A DNA stretch of 64,000 nt from Toensbergia leucococca (taxonomy: Eukaryota): the NCBI GenBank assembly GCA_022813965.1, contig JALDZS010000076.1:1-64000 (forward strand). Reading direction: 5' to 3'. The translations under genes and the position numbers were made by a program. Position 1 is the first letter of the stretch. The number at the start of each line of letters is the position of its first letter. The notes beneath the pieces were generated by a model. It saw only the letters and a list, made by a program, of their open reading frames with translations. It had not been told where the DNA came from and searched no databases. Below, one piece after another: positions 13,132 through 24,387 of this stretch.

Positions 13132-13817
13132 ATGTACCCGTACCAAAAAACACCACACGTGAGCTAAACCGCGTCTGGATCTCATCCCAAACCAATCAAC
13201 TCATAAAGATGTGCAGTTTATCCTCGCCACCCCTCGATTCCCTCCACCCTCCCCTTCTTTTGGGCTTGTAGCCCCCGGCAATTCCCTTGGTTATGGTAGC
13301 GCCCCCATGGCCCCCCAGCAAAGCAACACCTCATCCTCTTCCTCCGATTCGCGCTACACCCACCGGGAAAGCATAGGCTCCGACTATACCTCCTCTCCAA
13401 CAAACTCATACAGTACATCCCCAACCGCCACCCAGCACCTCCGATCCTACACCCACAGCAAATCTTCCCAGCCCGTCCCTCCCCTCGGCATAAACCCCCC
13501 CCGCTCCGACCCAAAGCCAAAGTAAGCCTCTCCCCTCATCTTAGCCCCCCCCCCCGGCATTTCCTCTTAACTAACCTCCACCAAAAAGATCACACATTTG
13601 CCTCGTCCCCGGCTGCGACTCCGCCTTTGCCCGCAGCTACGACCTGAACCGTCACCAAGCAACCCATTACGACACGCAAGTCAAATACGACTGCCCCTCT
13701 GGCTGGTGCAACCGGCAGGGCAAGAACGGCTTCACGCGCAAGGATCACCTGAAGGATCATCAACGAAAGGTGCATATGAAATCTATCCCGATGAGGGGGG
13801 CTGGGAGGGCTGGGTAG
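13132..13817 (+). CDS. Small C2H2 zinc-finger transcription factor (two fingers), 3 exons; start uncertain
   Basis: Spliced last exon reads HICLVPGCDSAFARSYDLNRHQATH...YDCPSGWCNRQGKNGFTRKDHLKDHQRKVH. The intron gtaagc..ctaac..aag (~13522-13588) joins it in frame to an S/P-rich exon. The spliced frame is not in the ORF track. Confidence 0.8.
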
Positions 13818-13879
13818 GTTTTTCTCTGATTTTAGAGAGAGTGTGTGTGTGCGTTGCATGGTTGTCGTGGTGATATCGG

Positions 13880-14580
13880 GTTTGAGGGTCCGTGTCGAGT
13901 TTTTTTCATGCGTATTTTTTTCTCTTTTGGTGGGACTGCCGGGGTTTTTGGGGGTGGGGTGGGATAGATTCTAGGCTGGGGGAGGTTTTTTTTTTGGGGT
14001 GCTTAGGGTTTTACAGGACTGAGCTTTGTGGCTTTTACGAGACGGGACTTTTATCGGGTTTACAGGGACTTGAGCTTTTTGCTTTTGTGGGGTGTTTTTT
14101 TTTTAGAAAGGGGGGGATGGTGGAGGTTTTTGGGATGGGGATGGGATTGAGGGCGCTTTTTTTTTTTCTTTTTTTTTTTGGATACTGGTGGTTGGTTTTT
14201 TTTTTTGGTTTGTTTTGTTGGTTGCCGGGGGGGTTCTTATTTTTGGGGGGGGGCTATGGGAAGGGGTTGTTTTTGCTTTGTGTTGTTTTGATGATTTGGG
14301 TTTGATCGGGGTTTGTGGAGGCGGTTTTCTGTGGGGATTTGGTGAGGGAGGGTGTTGGCGCCTTTTTATTTGGGGGGGGTTGGAGGGAAGGGGGTTTGGG
14401 GCTGGGATACGAGTATGTGGATGGAGTATTGAGGGCTTTTGGGGGATTGTGATTTCTTTTCTTTCCTTTTTCTCTTTTTTTTTTTTTTTTTTTCTCTTTC
14501 AGACCTCGGTGGTTTTACCTTGGGGAGGGTTGTGTATATCATTGTTTGGGTTTTTGTAGGATTTGGATGTGGGTGGACTA
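13880..14580. repeat. G/T-rich low-complexity tract
   Basis: About 700 bp dominated by G and T homopolymer runs on the + strand. Confidence 0.8.
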
Positions 14581-15165
14581 TGTATGGCATCAAAGCGGAA
14601 CAAGTGTGAACCGAAGGAGTTCTTGAGAAGGGCGAGTTTTACATGGGAATTATTGATTAGGGTGCTAGCTAGATAGAGATTTTTCCATGTACTCGTAGTT
14701 TTTTATTTTTACAGCTTTTGCAATTCAAGATAATATATACTGCATCCATCTTTTGAAAACTCTTGAACTTCCGACCCGCTGAAAAATGTGAGAAGAATGA
14801 GTTTCGCTGGAAGTGATATTGCGTTTGGATTCTATTTTGTGCAGGAAGAGTGGAGCTCTGAGATCAACACTTGAAGAGAGGATATGTATTTCTAGTTGAA
14901 TGAGAGTGTGGGAGGGGAGTGGTCTGGTCTCGTTCGTTTTGAGGGTTCTGACGAGTAGAAGATTAGGTTCGTGGGGATTAGAAGAGGGAAATTTGCGTTA
15001 ATTGAAGGGTCCGCGAAAGCGATCGTCCGGATGAGGGAGGTTTGTAATAATTGCTGCGAAGCGAGGTCGAGAGTCGCGGGAATGGGGCCGTGATGACAAG
15101 CGAAATATTTCTAGCCCCACAAGCTTGATGACGAAGTAACATGCCCACTCCCCAGATCCCCCTGC

Positions 15166-17427
15166 TCATCTAACTTCAAACCCAACATCCATTGCATGTT
15201 GAACCTTCCACCAACAATCCTCCCTTTTCCACGAACCCTGGTCTTTCCATTTCTGATCCAAAGCCAGCGCCTCGTCGAGTAAATCCACCAGATTCCCGCG
15301 GAGGCGATACTGCTTCACAGCCTCCATGTCTCTCGCCAAGAACGACTTCGCCAGAGCCAAGCATTCCTCCCTTTGCGACCCAGTCTCCACCCAGCCAGTC
15401 AACTTTCGCATTTCGGCCGGTCCAGAGGTGGCGGGGTTGGTGTGGTGAACAGTGCCGAGATCGATGCCCACAACGACTTTTCCGGCGGATGTCCACCAGA
15501 TGTCTCGCTTGAGGCTGGCGGGATAGGGGGTGTTGCATACTAGGCTCCCAAAGACGAGTTCTTGCATATGCCAGCTGACGGTACCTTTCATGCAGGCTGC
15601 TCTCCAAATAACTCTGCAGCAGTTGTACAAACAGTCATTCCACGCTAGTAAGAATAGGGTTTGGTACGCGATCTGCCTAGGAGATATGCCGTGCTCGACT
15701 TGGAAAAGGCGTAAAATTTGCAACCCGAATTCGGGAGTTCGTTGTCGCATGCAGTGCTCGAGGAAGATATTCAGCGTTATCTCGTTTGGACGAGCGCCAT
15801 GGACTTTCATTGTGTTTAGTAGCTCAACGGCTTCTTGCATAAATCGGCGTTCACCAAGAACATACAACATTCTATTCCCTGCTGACACCGAAATCCACTG
15901 GGAGCCGAATTGAGAATCCATGTGTTGAAAAAAGGTGGAAAACTTTTCGCCGGATTCCAAATGGCTAGTCAGCTTGTCCCGGACGACCAGACCCACAACA
16001 TCCCTCAATAGAGATGGTTTGTCAGACCACTTAAGTAGCAGTATTCTCCGAACAGTTTCTTCTCTTGCCTTTGCCGAATCAAGAGTCATCAAAAAAGCTA
16101 TCCAGGTCTCAGCGTTGGGCATGAGCCCTCTCTGGTTTATTAGCCGTAACAATAAGGTAAAATTATGTAGATCTTTCTGGGCCGCTGCGCCTCTTAACAT
16201 GATGTTAAGCGTTGCTATTGGAATTTCCATTCGTAGTTTTTCCATCCGGACAAAGAGGGACCGCGCCTTGCGTATCATGCTATGTTTGTAGAAAAAGATG
16301 AGGGCTAAATTACAGGCCTCCACACTCAAAAACCTTTGCATTGATGAGTCGTCGAACATTGACTCGAGGATTCCTGCCACGACTGTCTGATGGGTTTCTT
16401 CTTCCTTGTAGACAAGTCGATGGATGGAGCGAGTGACCGACGACATGACAAGGTCCTCAACGTAGTCTACGAGACTACTGGTTGACCAAACCAATGGCTG
16501 ACGTATCTGATCTGCACGAATCTGTCGATATCTTGGCCGAAGCTTAGATAGAACCGCCCTTGGGCCTTTGTAGGCTCCTTCCGTATCTCCATTTGCTGAA
16601 ATTTGAGGGTAGTGCAAAAAATCTTGCTCTCCTCTCGTGTTCCTGGCGTCTAAGACTTGACAATGCCGCAGAAGTTCCTCCAATGCCACTTGCCAGTCGT
16701 AGGACCATCGGCTTTTTTTCTTCATTTGGCTATTGACAAAGGCTTTATCAACCTTGTGTCTCTGCCATCTACCCGCAACGGATCTGACAAGTCGTTCAGT
16801 GGTTGGGGGTGGTATTCTTAACGTGCCTGATGTAGCTTCTTCTACCCTATTTTCGTCACACAATGTTTCACCATCCTCAGCTCCAGAATGCTGCAAAGCA
16901 TTGTTGGAGTCTCGGGCTTTATCATTAATCGGATGGCGGTGTTTCCCTTCGCAGTCTGTTGGAACCATTAAAGAGACCTGGCTGTCATGCTGTTGGTGAA
17001 TCGTCCTATCTTCTGCGCTTTGCATCAAACCGGCACTACCAATATCTTCAGGAACCAAGGCAATTTCACATTCTACCGAAACTCTGTCCTTTCTGCCAGT
17101 CCTAACCGCATCTTGCAACGATTTTTGGTCAGGTCGAGGGGCTGCGAAGGACTTTGGTAGGCTGTCTGGTCTAGTCCGGAAGTGTTTGTCATGGTCATTG
17201 TAGTCTTCTGCAGTAACTCCAGCGTCTGAAGCCGCATACTTAGCGTCCTCTTTCGAGAAAAGGAACTTCAAGGGGTTTCCTGCAAGGTTCCTGAGGCAGA
17301 TGTATTGGGGTTGGGAGATACTTTTGCGGTAGTACGATGAAGGCACGAGCAATGGTTCCCTGGGACGCACGAAAGGGCGTAGAATTGATGATGTGGTCCT
17401 ATAGTATTTCCAGCTTCCCAGGGACAT
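15166..17427 (-). CDS. Mitochondrial pentatricopeptide-repeat (PPR) protein
   Basis: 753-aa ORF with a basic, presequence-like N-terminus and PPR-type helices (ACNLALIFFYK, TLNIMLRGAA, RGLMPNAETWIAFL, HGARPNEITLNIFLEHC). Confidence 0.8.
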   Translation of the reverse strand: MSLGSWKYYRTTSSILRPFVRPREPLLVPSSYYRKSISQPQYICLRNLAGNPLKFLFSKEDAKYAASDAGVTAEDYNDHDKHFRTRPDSLPKSFAAPRPDQKSLQDAVRTGRKDRVSVECEIALVPEDIGSAGLMQSAEDRTIHQQHDSQVSLMVPTDCEGKHRHPINDKARDSNNALQHSGAEDGETLCDENRVEEATSGTLRIPPPTTERLVRSVAGRWQRHKVDKAFVNSQMKKKSRWSYDWQVALEELLRHCQVLDARNTRGEQDFLHYPQISANGDTEGAYKGPRAVLSKLRPRYRQIRADQIRQPLVWSTSSLVDYVEDLVMSSVTRSIHRLVYKEEETHQTVVAGILESMFDDSSMQRFLSVEACNLALIFFYKHSMIRKARSLFVRMEKLRMEIPIATLNIMLRGAAAQKDLHNFTLLLRLINQRGLMPNAETWIAFLMTLDSAKAREETVRRILLLKWSDKPSLLRDVVGLVVRDKLTSHLESGEKFSTFFQHMDSQFGSQWISVSAGNRMLYVLGERRFMQEAVELLNTMKVHGARPNEITLNIFLEHCMRQRTPEFGLQILRLFQVEHGISPRQIAYQTLFLLAWNDCLYNCCRVIWRAACMKGTVSWHMQELVFGSLVCNTPYPASLKRDIWWTSAGKVVVGIDLGTVHHTNPATSGPAEMRKLTGWVETGSQREECLALAKSFLARDMEAVKQYRLRGNLVDLLDEALALDQKWKDQGSWKREDCWWKVQHAMDVGFEVR

Positions 17428-17654
17428 ATGCTATGATGTTGGCATGCTTGGTATGGGTAGCGTAGATGAATGCAGGCGGAAATGAATTGAATTTGTAAAA
17501 GTAAACCCCCTCGGCCTCGGCAAAACGTGGCCGCCGTGAATTCAGCAGGCAAGAGGAGCTCACGCGTCAACGATCGAATATTTATCCAACACCAACACAA
17601 AGTTTCTTGTGCAAGACTTGAACGCTCTTTCAACATTCAGCTACACTTCGCATC

Positions 17655-18698
17655 ATGTCAGGTCTGCAAAATCCGCATCTCAGACTCTTTGCCATCATCA
17701 AGAGCTGATCATACCTCAACTACAGGTAGCGCAGGCTTCGACAGGCACATCACCATCTTCTCGGATCAAGGGAGATTATATCAAGTCGGTTCGTTAAACA
17801 CTATCTCAAATGACATGCGTTGTTTACTTGGGAGTGACTGCTCTCAAGCAATCATTCTCTTCAAACATTACCAGGGCAGCTACTCACAGACAGTCTCACC
17901 TAGAGTATGCCTTCAAAGCCATTACCGCAGCGAACATCACGTCCGTCGGAGTTAGGGGGAAGAACTGTGCGGTAGTGCTGTCACAGAAGAAGGTTCCCGT
18001 CAGTGACTGCGCCGCTCTGATCTTCTACTACCGAGATGACCAATATATTGATCCACCTTGTGTTTAGGATAAGCTGATCGATCCTTCATCCGTCTCTCAT
18101 ATCTTCAAACTCTCTCCATCGGTTGGCTGCGTCATGACTGGATCAATAGCGGATGCTCGAGCATCAGTCAATAGAGCAAGGGGCGAGGCGGCTGAATTCA
18201 GGTACAAGAACGGATACGAAATGCCATGTGACGTATTGGCGAAGCGTCTTGCGAACATCAGTCAAGTGTATACACAACGGGTAAGCCGACAGCAGAAGTC
18301 TGTTGTGAGCGTTCAATTAAATTGGATAGGCATACATGCGTCCCTTGGGGGTTGCGACAACGTTGATATCAGTGGACAGTGAATTCGGGCCGCAGCTATA
18401 CAAGTGTGACCCTGCAGGGTACTATGTCGGTTACAAGGCGACGGCATCCGGGCCGAAGCAACAAGAGGCCTTGAACCATTTGGAGAAGAAGCTGAAGAAC
18501 AAGGAATGTGCGGAAGGAAGCTGGGAGGAGGTTGTGGAATTGGGGATATCAACATTGAGCACGGTCCTCAGTGTGGATTTCAAGAAGGGCGAATTGGAAG
18601 TAGGGATTGTAGGTGGGCCTGGCAGTGATGCGGACTTTCGGGCATTGTCCGAGGACGAGATTGAGGAGAGGTTACAAGCCATCAGCGAGAAAGACTAA
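17655..18698 (+). CDS. SCL1: 20S proteasome subunit alpha-1 (PSMA6-type)
   Basis: [54 protein letters not shown] and [24 protein letters not shown]; 5 exons. Confidence 0.95.
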
Positions 18699-19628
18699 AG
18701 GATATGGCCAATGGGACTGCAATTACAAGGGTAAGTGGTTGACAATTCTTTTGAAGACGCTTCGCATGGATCACATCACTTTGTGGACTTGTGGTGGTGT
18801 GCACATAGATTAGCAGACTGACGTTGGACAGATAATAATACTAGCTTCTTTTGTAGTAAGCAATCGGTGTTTAGACGACTAGAAAAGTTGCGCCTCAAAG
18901 GGGAAGGATGATTGTCCAATGATGGTTGGCCGTATTGCAAACTAATCATGTGCACAGCCCGGGACGTGGCTTGACTGGAGACTGGCTTGACAGAACGCGG
19001 AGTTACCGAGATCGGCCAACGAGTCGAGAATGACATGGGGCTTAATTTAGCAATTGGCGCCACAACCAATGGATGATTTTCAGCTTGGTATGATGGTTGA
19101 TGTTTAGATTAGGGCTTGCAGTTTTGGGCCGTGTTTCGCATTCCTCATTCGTTTCTCACTCGTTCCTCACTTGTTCCCACGTTGCTATTCACAATCTTGG
19201 GGTCCTCGCTTACGAACCTTTGGGACTGACTATCGACCGGACCCGAGGGAACCGAGGAACTGCTGCCCTTGAGCCTTCATACTAGCTGAAGCCTGCATTA
19301 GCTGACACGGAGAGCCTCCACCATACTACCTCTCCTCCACAAGCCAATCTAGCTCGCATCCGACTGCCAATTGACTCTCTCTGATGCCAATTCACCTATA
19401 CGACACAACCCTTCTTCACAAGATTATAGATTGCCACCCCACCAATCGTCAGCCAGCCACCTTGATTTAACATGACCGTTGACCTGAACCCGTTTGGAAA
19501 GCCTCTTCTTACGTGAGCGTTATGAAGTCGTCAAAAGGCCTTCAATGGACCGGTCAAAGGGAGCATTGCTGCGAACTACACCGAGTCCAATGCCTAATAG
19601 AAAAGCCGCCTTGAGCAAGTTCAGACCG

Positions 19629-20345
19629 ATGGCAGACGGACGTGAGCTGCTCCTACTTCTACGCCCAGCACTATTACTCTGAAGAGTTCTACTGACGAGC
19701 TTGCTCAGTCAATGAGGCGCGCGCTATGAGGATTGCTGAGGTCATGGCTGATTACCAACGCCTGCAACATCAAATTTCACTGTATCAAGCAAACGCCCCG
19801 CTCGAGGATTACTACGAAGAAGGCTACGCAGTCTTGCGCCAATGCACCGCAGAGGCTCTCGCCGTGCTCACAGCTGATTACGACACTGGACTCTTACAAG
19901 TACCGACCGCGCCAGAACAGCAGACGATGCAACAACTGCAGCGGTATGCATTCAGTCCTAGAATTTTTCCTATTACGCTCACTCAGCTCCTACAGAGTAC
20001 TCCTAGATGCCAGTGCTCGTCGCTTCCAAGCCCAGAAAATATATCTCCGAGCAGTAGCAGCCACGCGATGGGTTAATACACGGAACGCCATCTTGCAATT
20101 GCAAAGATCGCATGCGGGTCATGCGGCAGCACTCCAGCAGGCCGACATCAACCTTCGTTCTGTAAATAGGGACACCTGAGCTCGTGAAAGGGTAGCTGCT
20201 AATTGGTTGCGTACAGGAAATCTCTACTATTACCGATGAAAGGGTCGTTAATGAGCTTCGAATGGCAGACTGGCAGGCCAGACACTGGCTTCAAGAAGAT
20301 CCGTCTCTACAGGCAATGCTGCACTGGATATGTTCTCAGCGCTAG
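19629..20345 (+). CDS. Fungal hypothetical protein, 4 exons
   Basis: Canonical introns join MADG-LNEARAMRIAEVMADYQRLQH...YYEEGYAVLRQC, VLLDASARRFQAQKIYLRA and EISTITDERV...HWLQEDPSL into one frame ending in TAG at 20345. Confidence 0.75.
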
Positions 20346-21713
20346 GCACGACGAAGCAAGGGAGCACCTCTGCGAGGACAGCGAAAAGTATTCGAATAAC
20401 ACCTAATACCTGTATAATACCACGACTCTCCTGATCATGACATTTTGAGCATTGCTGTGCTGGCACGCAGTATGTGGCGAAAACTTCTCGGCTGGGAAGC
20501 GCCGAAGCCTCATCGACTTCTCGGGCGTATAAGACAAGCATTGCATCGGTTCAGTATGTTGATCAACTGCCTACCTTAGTAATCATTTCAATTATCCTCA
20601 GTCGGCAGGATCAAAAGTCAGCTATTCAAAGTCATTCTTTAATCCCATATTGTACCAGAGAAGTGATCACTCAACCAATGCATTTGTAGCGAGGCTTCTC
20701 TTCCACCGGTATCCCCTCTCTCCCTCAATCTTTGTGTTTCTTTTCCTTAGCTTGCACTGAAGTGTAACTCGCACTACCTACTTGTGTGAATTGATTCCAT
20801 CCGTTTTACTCGGCTTTACCAGTATAATCAAATTATTTCCTGCATTCGAGCGTATTCATCTATTCACTCAATTAGAGTCTCCCTAGTCGCTGCACATTCG
20901 TTAGGCCCAATGGAAGTATTGATTATCCTTTCAAGCATGCAATGGAGACATGTCTCATGATCTAATTGAGGGAATGGACGTCAGTACTAGCTTGGTAATA
21001 ATGCGTACAATTCAGGCTGACTTGGAGTTGCTAGGACAGCCATTCTAGTGCCACGAGCAATTCGGCCCATCAATATGTCAATGGATCTATAAAGAACCTC
21101 TTTGGGAGGAGTGATCATAGTCCAAGCAATTTCTCTCTACCTGCGAGAATCTATTGTAATTGACGAGTGCCTCTACGATTGGTCTTACCTACTTTCTATT
21201 TGCAGATCGAAGTGAAAACTAACTTCTTGCTTATGTGCCACCAGCCTTTGCGACAGTCATACAAAAAGTCAATAGAAGCGGGCTACATATCCGGGTGCGG
21301 GCTCATTGAATTGGAAGCCTTAGCTTCTCGCTCAACTAACAGGCTGAACATTCTGGATTCGCCTAAGGAAGAACAGATACGGCATTGGAACTATCTTGTG
21401 TCCAGTTCCATCTTCAACTACTTGAAACCTACCATGTTACACCTTCCAAGTTAAAATGTAGACCGGAGTGCGCACGATTTGTCACGTTATGGAACAAACT
21501 CGCAGAGAAACTTGTGGAGAAACCCGCCGACCCGACTTGCGCATGACATGTTTCAACGCCTGCGCATCTGTCGAAAACAGTTTCTTGAGTTACTTATACT
21601 TTTCAGTCTTTCTATTAAGCCTGCTTGAACCTGCTTTCTTCGCTCTTTATTAAAATTAAGTATTGTATAATCTGATCTGATATTACTATATTCATATTCT
21701 CTTCATACTCAAC

Positions 21714-22705
21714 ATGGTCATCCAGATGTCAGCCCTTTGGCCACTTTTAGCCTGCCTTCTCAGCATTGCCCAGGCCCAGCACAGTCTGAACCAATCCTCC
21801 CTCGCAATCAACAACGCAGAGGGAAGAATGCTCAGAGCAGGTGGTCCCTTGGCTCGTGAAGACTCCGTCATGAGCGGCAAATACGAAATCCTCCGTTGTG
21901 GCGCAGGTATCGCCAATTCCAACGCCGCAATGCTCCAAGAACTCCTGCCACAAGTGTGGCAAAACCTACAAGCCGCTCGCACCGATGCCCAACTCGGCAC
22001 CACTTCCGTGCACGGCTTTACAAGCTTCTTCAAATCCAATGACAATAAGGCCACCGTCAATGCCATCTTCGGGGACATCTCCGCCGGGTCCGAAGTGGTT
22101 CTGAACCCCGACGAGGCCGTGCGCGCAGGCAAGCAGACGTCCTCGCCTATCCTTGTATGCCTCAACGCAGAAGATTCCCTTACTCAAGGTCTATATCATT
22201 ATATGTGTACGAATGAAAATGGCTATGGAATAGGCCACTGGCAAAACTCAGAGCTCATAGCCTTGTGCCCAAAGTTTTTCAAACTCACCGCCGCTCCTAC
22301 GGCTAATCTATGCCCAAGTGTGCTCCACAACTCGCTGGTGCCCAATGACCACAGGCTCTTGGTGAACCAGTACGCGCTTTTTGTGTATCAGCTGGCGCAT
22401 TTGTATATCCCTTGGCATAAGCGGATCGGGACGGCTACCAGTCAGGTAACGTCCTATATACAGGCAGCCGCGGATGCAAACGTCGTGGACTCGGTAGGAA
22501 GACCGGACAACTATGCATTCTACGCTGCCGGTAAGCGTGTTCTTCCCTTACCCCAACTCAACGACAGGGTCGCAACGTCCTTTCTCAAGCCATGACACTG
22601 ACAGGCATCATAGCCATCAAAGCAGGTTGCACGAAATGGCCAACCGGACCCGTCGAGGGAGGTCTGAAATACAAAAAACCTCGCAGGCATCTCGAGAGCG
22701 TTTGA
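21714..22705 (+). CDS. Secreted cysteine-containing zincin (deuterolysin/Aspzincin-like) protein with an altered HExxH motif
   Basis: Signal peptide; GFTSFFK..V..IF, IALCPKFF, YQLAHLY at the HExxH position and PDNYAFYA; intron gtaagc at ~22531; short last exon ends in TGA at 22705. Confidence 0.62.
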
Positions 22706-23214
22706 AATGCATTCTATACAATCTGGAATTCCAGAGGCGGAGCGGGGGCGGTATGCGTACAGAGCCACGCTCTTCTCGAAAAGGTCTAGGATAACATGTG
22801 GATGGTAAACGATGTCCACAGAGGTTTCCTCCTAGAGGATTCACAGACTTGAATGTGAGTTTTCGCGCCTAAGGGGGTTTAGCAACCTGCGTTCCAGAGG
22901 TACCTCGAAAACTAGCGCAGTGGAATCAAGTATAGACTCCGTCTAAGACCGTCAACAGCGACAGCGTTTCAAAGCGGCCTTCAGCGCGCCTTGTACCTCC
23001 CCCTTCCTACAAAATCAAAACTTTGGGAGAGTCCCCGGCTGGGCGAAAAGACGTAGAACTTGGATCTCCATGAGCCCAAAAGTCTTTGGATTTTGGAACA
23101 CAGAGAGGACGATTGGATGAAGAGGACCGTCGGGAAGAATGTGTACAATATGGTTTTCGATGTTTGGGGAGGGGTTTGCCTTCATACGACTCCCTTTTTG
23201 GTACAATGAATTCA

Positions 23215-23930
23215 TGTCTGTAAAAATTATGTGTGCAATTTCAATGTCAACATGAGATGACAGTAATTATACAGTAATTCAGAAGAATAAGGGCAACTCA
23301 GATGACGCACACAATTCTATGAATGAGTAACATTTTATTCACTGCTACTTAAATATGTAAGGTATGTAGATAAACATTTATTGTGTCTCATTTCTAAGTA
23401 TTCTACCTGATCTATATCTAAAAACTAAAATATGTACAGTAAAGACAGCTCACAATAAAGAAGATAGATGACATGCAATAAAGAAGGTAGATGACACGCA
23501 ATAGATAAATGACACAATAAATAGATGGTACGCAACAGAGAAGGTAGATGAAATTGAGTAAAGAGATGAAGTGCAGAAAATTGAATAAGTAGAAGCCTTA
23601 AGTGAGTGAAGTCAATTAAAAGAAAGTTCTAAATACTTACCTATCTATTAAATGAGCTACATCAGATAATTTAATCATCAACATTCTGAGTCATTGTCTG
23701 ATCTCAGAAAATTACTGAGTAATTACAGTAGAGCATGCTCATTACACTTAAGATAATGAACATCAAGCTAACTTACTTGTTTTGATGATTATCTAAGATT
23801 ACTGAATATTTACTGCTCTCAAAATAGTCACTGAAATCATTTCATAAAATGACATCACATATGCTCAGGGGTGACTCACTTAGTCATATTCAGCTAGGGT
23901 GAGTCAGGTGATCATTTCAAACCGTGACAA
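23215..23930. mobile_element. AT-rich, RIP-like degenerate repeat remnant
   Basis: Abrupt drop in GC with TpA enrichment; internal degenerate repeats (agaaggtagatgacacgcaata-like, ~23455-23555); ends in an LTR-like ...ccgtgaca. No ORF. Confidence 0.5.
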
Positions 23931-23941
23931 TATGGGTAGAA

Positions 23942-24057
23942 TAGAAGGGTTTACCCCCTCAGACGGCCGGCCTTATAGGGCTAGGTCAGAAATCTATGTT
24001 TTTTCTTGCATCGCATTTGTGGGTCAGCCCTATGCGGCGGCCAGGGGGTACCTTCTA
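23942..24057. repeat. Imperfect inverted repeat (hairpin) upstream of PRP24
   Basis: tagaagg..taccccct..ggccg..atagggct pairs with agccctat..cggcc.agggggta.ccttcta. Confidence 0.65.
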
Positions 24058-24387
24058 GCAAGCCACCGGTGGTGACAGACTGACAGGTGCCGGCACTTTC
24101 GCACTCTAATTTTAGAAGTAGAATACGATTCCAGTTCTAGGTAAGGTACCTTTCAAGCTCGTCTATCCGTACTCGGGTGACTCGAATCACTACCTCCAGC
24201 TTCGTTCAATCTGCGAAGCCCACTTTTCTTTCCTAACTGCGTCTTTTCGTCTAAGGAAGTGGAGTAATCGACATCTGAGACTGCATGCTGCCCTCAATGC
24301 TGCCAAGTAAGATTTAGGTGCGCGACATTGCATAGACCCAGGCAAGTCGCAGCCGGCACACCACCCCCCTCCCAACCGGGACTTATC

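Noticed and set aside
13892..14593. Gly/Phe-rich and Pro/Lys-rich ORFs
   Set aside because: By-products of the G/T homopolymer tract; no domain signal.
23215..23930. Intact solo LTR ending in CCGTGACA
   Set aside because: No matching TG start with a TSD was found; kept only as a degenerate remnant.
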